Of a stretch of DNA of 45,176 nucleotides, positions 43,749-45,176 are shown in pieces. The stretch lies in the sequence record NC_073324.1. One strand, given 5' to 3'. The notes under the pieces are model-generated. The model had not been told where the DNA came from. It saw only the letters and a program-made list of their open reading frames with translations, and did no database searches. Position 1 is the stretch's first letter; each line of letters starts with the position of its first letter. The position numbers and the translations under genes were made by a program. This DNA is from Escherichia phage vB_EcoS-22664BS2.

Positions 43749-43889
43749 ATGGGTTGGTACGGTAGTTGGACCTTGGGTGAACTGGTAGACGCTTACGAAA
43801 TAATGGGTAGCACTTCGGTGTGCAACGGCGACACTAAATCGCTGCTAGTCGGGGTGGACGAGAAAAGGGGCGAAGATGATGACGTTTAA
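43749..43889 (+). CDS. hypothetical small protein (46 aa)
   Basis: Read by eye; same GAGAGGAGAGACAGA leader as 43478. Confidence 0.35.
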   Translation: MGWYGSWTLGELVDAYEIMGSTSVCNGDTKSLLVGVDEKRGEDDDV

Positions 43890-44046
43890 AGAAGCAGTAT
43901 CGTACGGGTACTTACGGCGTAGAGGAAATTATAAAGGTGCTCCGTGGGTGTGCAACGGACGCCAGTTCGATACCTGGAAAGAAGCGCTGGCGGAAGCCAA
44001 CGAAATGTTAAAAAGAGACCGGGAGCAACAGAAAAATGAGCAATAA
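43876..44046 (+). CDS. hypothetical small protein (56 aa)
   Basis: Read by eye; overlaps both neighbours. Confidence 0.35.
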   Translation: MMTFKEAVSYGYLRRRGNYKGAPWVCNGRQFDTWKEALAEANEMLKRDREQQKNEQ

Positions 44047-44638
44047 CAACGATGCAGTAATCGAGTTCCTGCTTAGCCAACTACGGCAGCAGGTAAATAA
44101 CAACCCATACAAGCAACAGTGCGAAGACCTGGCGCACGAGGTGCAGTCACTTAAAAATCAGTTACGTGATGCGTCGGCGCTGGTGGCTGAGTTACATAAA
44201 GAGATTGATAGACTTAATGTGCTTAACAGTGAACTTATATTTTCAGAACACGAGCAATCCGATTGCCGTAAGGAAGATACCCAGCGTTGTCACCATAACT
44301 GGCGATTCGTTAATGGTAAGGCTCCCGCCGTATGTATTAATTGCGGAGTGACTAAATCCAGCGAGTGCGAGCACGAATGGCAATTTTACGGAGTCGGGTT
44401 TCCTCGTATGTGCCTTAAATGCGGGTTAAAGAGCCCTGGCCGTCAAAAAGAAGATGCGCAGGAATGCAACCATGATTGGGTTTTGGATGAAAAAGGGGAC
44501 TATTTCGTTTGCGCTAAATGCGGTAAGCAAGAAGCTGAATTAATTGATTGCCAACACACTAATACCGTTGGTTTGCGTAAGGGCTTTGCGCCGGGGTTTA
44601 CTAAAAAGTGTCTGGATTGCGGGGCTAAACTGAAATGA
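44036..44638 (+). CDS. tandem zinc-ribbon repeat protein with N-terminal coiled coil
   Basis: Four repeats of C-x-H-x-(W/N)...C-x2-C-G after an N-terminal coiled coil. Confidence 0.5.
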   Translation: MSNNNDAVIEFLLSQLRQQVNNNPYKQQCEDLAHEVQSLKNQLRDASALVAELHKEIDRLNVLNSELIFSEHEQSDCRKEDTQRCHHNWRFVNGKAPAVCINCGVTKSSECEHEWQFYGVGFPRMCLKCGLKSPGRQKEDAQECNHDWVLDEKGDYFVCAKCGKQEAELIDCQHTNTVGLRKGFAPGFTKKCLDCGAKLK

Positions 44639-44838
44639 CCAGCATCTTATTTATCTGGGTATTGTCGGCAGGCCAGATGCAACTAGCGGCATCAGAAACG
44701 TTTTACTCGATGGAGGCGTGCCAGTCAGCGGCACGCGCCGCAGAGAACGCGCACTTTCTGTTTCAGGGGGACAAGCCCAACGATTCAGAGGTACGCGCTA
44801 TCTGCTCACCTAAGCGACTTGGTAAACAGGAGAAATAA
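44635..44838 (+). CDS. small secreted protein (signal peptide, two Cys)
   Basis: N-terminal hydrophobic signal-like segment ILFIWVLSAGQMQLAA. Confidence 0.45.
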   Translation: MTSILFIWVLSAGQMQLAASETFYSMEACQSAARAAENAHFLFQGDKPNDSEVRAICSPKRLGKQEK

Positions 44839-44839
44839 C

Positions 44840-45022
44840 ATGGTACAGAGATATACCTACGACCAGATATTCGGGTTTACTCCTGATGTTGAGGGCGTGT
44901 TAGTGCTTTACGAAGATTACGCGAAACTCGAAGCCGAGTTACAGAAATACAAGGACCAGTTTCCTGATTACGTTGAGTGCGCGAACTGTGGGTCAGTTAC
45001 ACATGTGAAGGGGGTGGAGTGA
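44840..45022 (+). CDS. hypothetical protein (60 aa)
   Basis: ATG at codon 8 of track ORF with CAGGAG RBS. Confidence 0.45.
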   Translation: MVQRYTYDQIFGFTPDVEGVLVLYEDYAKLEAELQKYKDQFPDYVECANCGSVTHVKGVE

Positions 45023-45176
45023 TGTCTCTTGCAACTGACATCCTGAAACGAAGCGGCCTTGCGCCGCTGTCACCGAGAGCGAAGACACGTATACACAAGC
45101 GCCGCCGTAACGCGCTGTACCCCGAGATTCAGGCCAGGCGCAAAGCGGTCCGCGCCTGTGGATTCCAGAACGGAAA
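45022..45176 (+). CDS. N-terminal part of wrap-around gene (continues at 1..190)
   Basis: ATG overlapping upstream stop; frame continues through the 51-nt end overlap. Confidence 0.4.
   Translation, partial: MSLATDILKRSGLAPLSPRAKTRIHKRRRNALYPEIQARRKAVRACGFQNG

Overview
The window appears to be a complete, circularly permuted dsDNA tailed-phage genome of about 45.1 kb; the first 51 nt are identical to the last 51 nt, so one small gene wraps across the ends. Promoters and ribosome-binding sites look enterobacterial. All protein calls are from reading the six-frame translations for motifs and gene order; no database search was run. Coordinates taken from the ORF track (or moved by whole codons) are solid; promoter, terminator, ncRNA and untracked small-ORF coordinates were read by eye and may be off by 1-3 nt. 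Plus strand, in order: early small genes (42211 through the window end to 190), a lysis cassette (two holin-like membrane proteins and an endolysin, 266-1305), more small genes, terminase small and large subunits, portal, head morphogenesis protein, an embedded Rz/Rz1 spanin pair, scaffold, major capsid protein, head-tail joining proteins, major tail protein, tail chaperone with a likely -1 frameshift, tape measure, tail tip proteins and a tailspike (ends 28902). Minus strand: a replication module (41749 down to 29065: primase/helicase, XRE regulator on the opposite strand, Cas4/RecB-like nuclease, putative SSB, family A DNA polymerase, VRR-NUC nuclease, a compact C5-methyltransferase-like protein, SNF2-like helicase, TOPRIM protein) and a four-gene cassette inside the tail module (18777 down to 16379: small membrane protein, HTH-metallophosphoesterase, HAD phosphatase, dNMP-kinase-like). 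No integrase, tRNA or CRISPR array was seen. The most unusual signals are two paralogous promoter-to-terminator units that look like structured non-coding RNAs (about 9394-9597 and 41883-42095), and an inverted repeat AATAG-N4-CTATT overlapping the -10 element of at least eight sigma70-like promoters.
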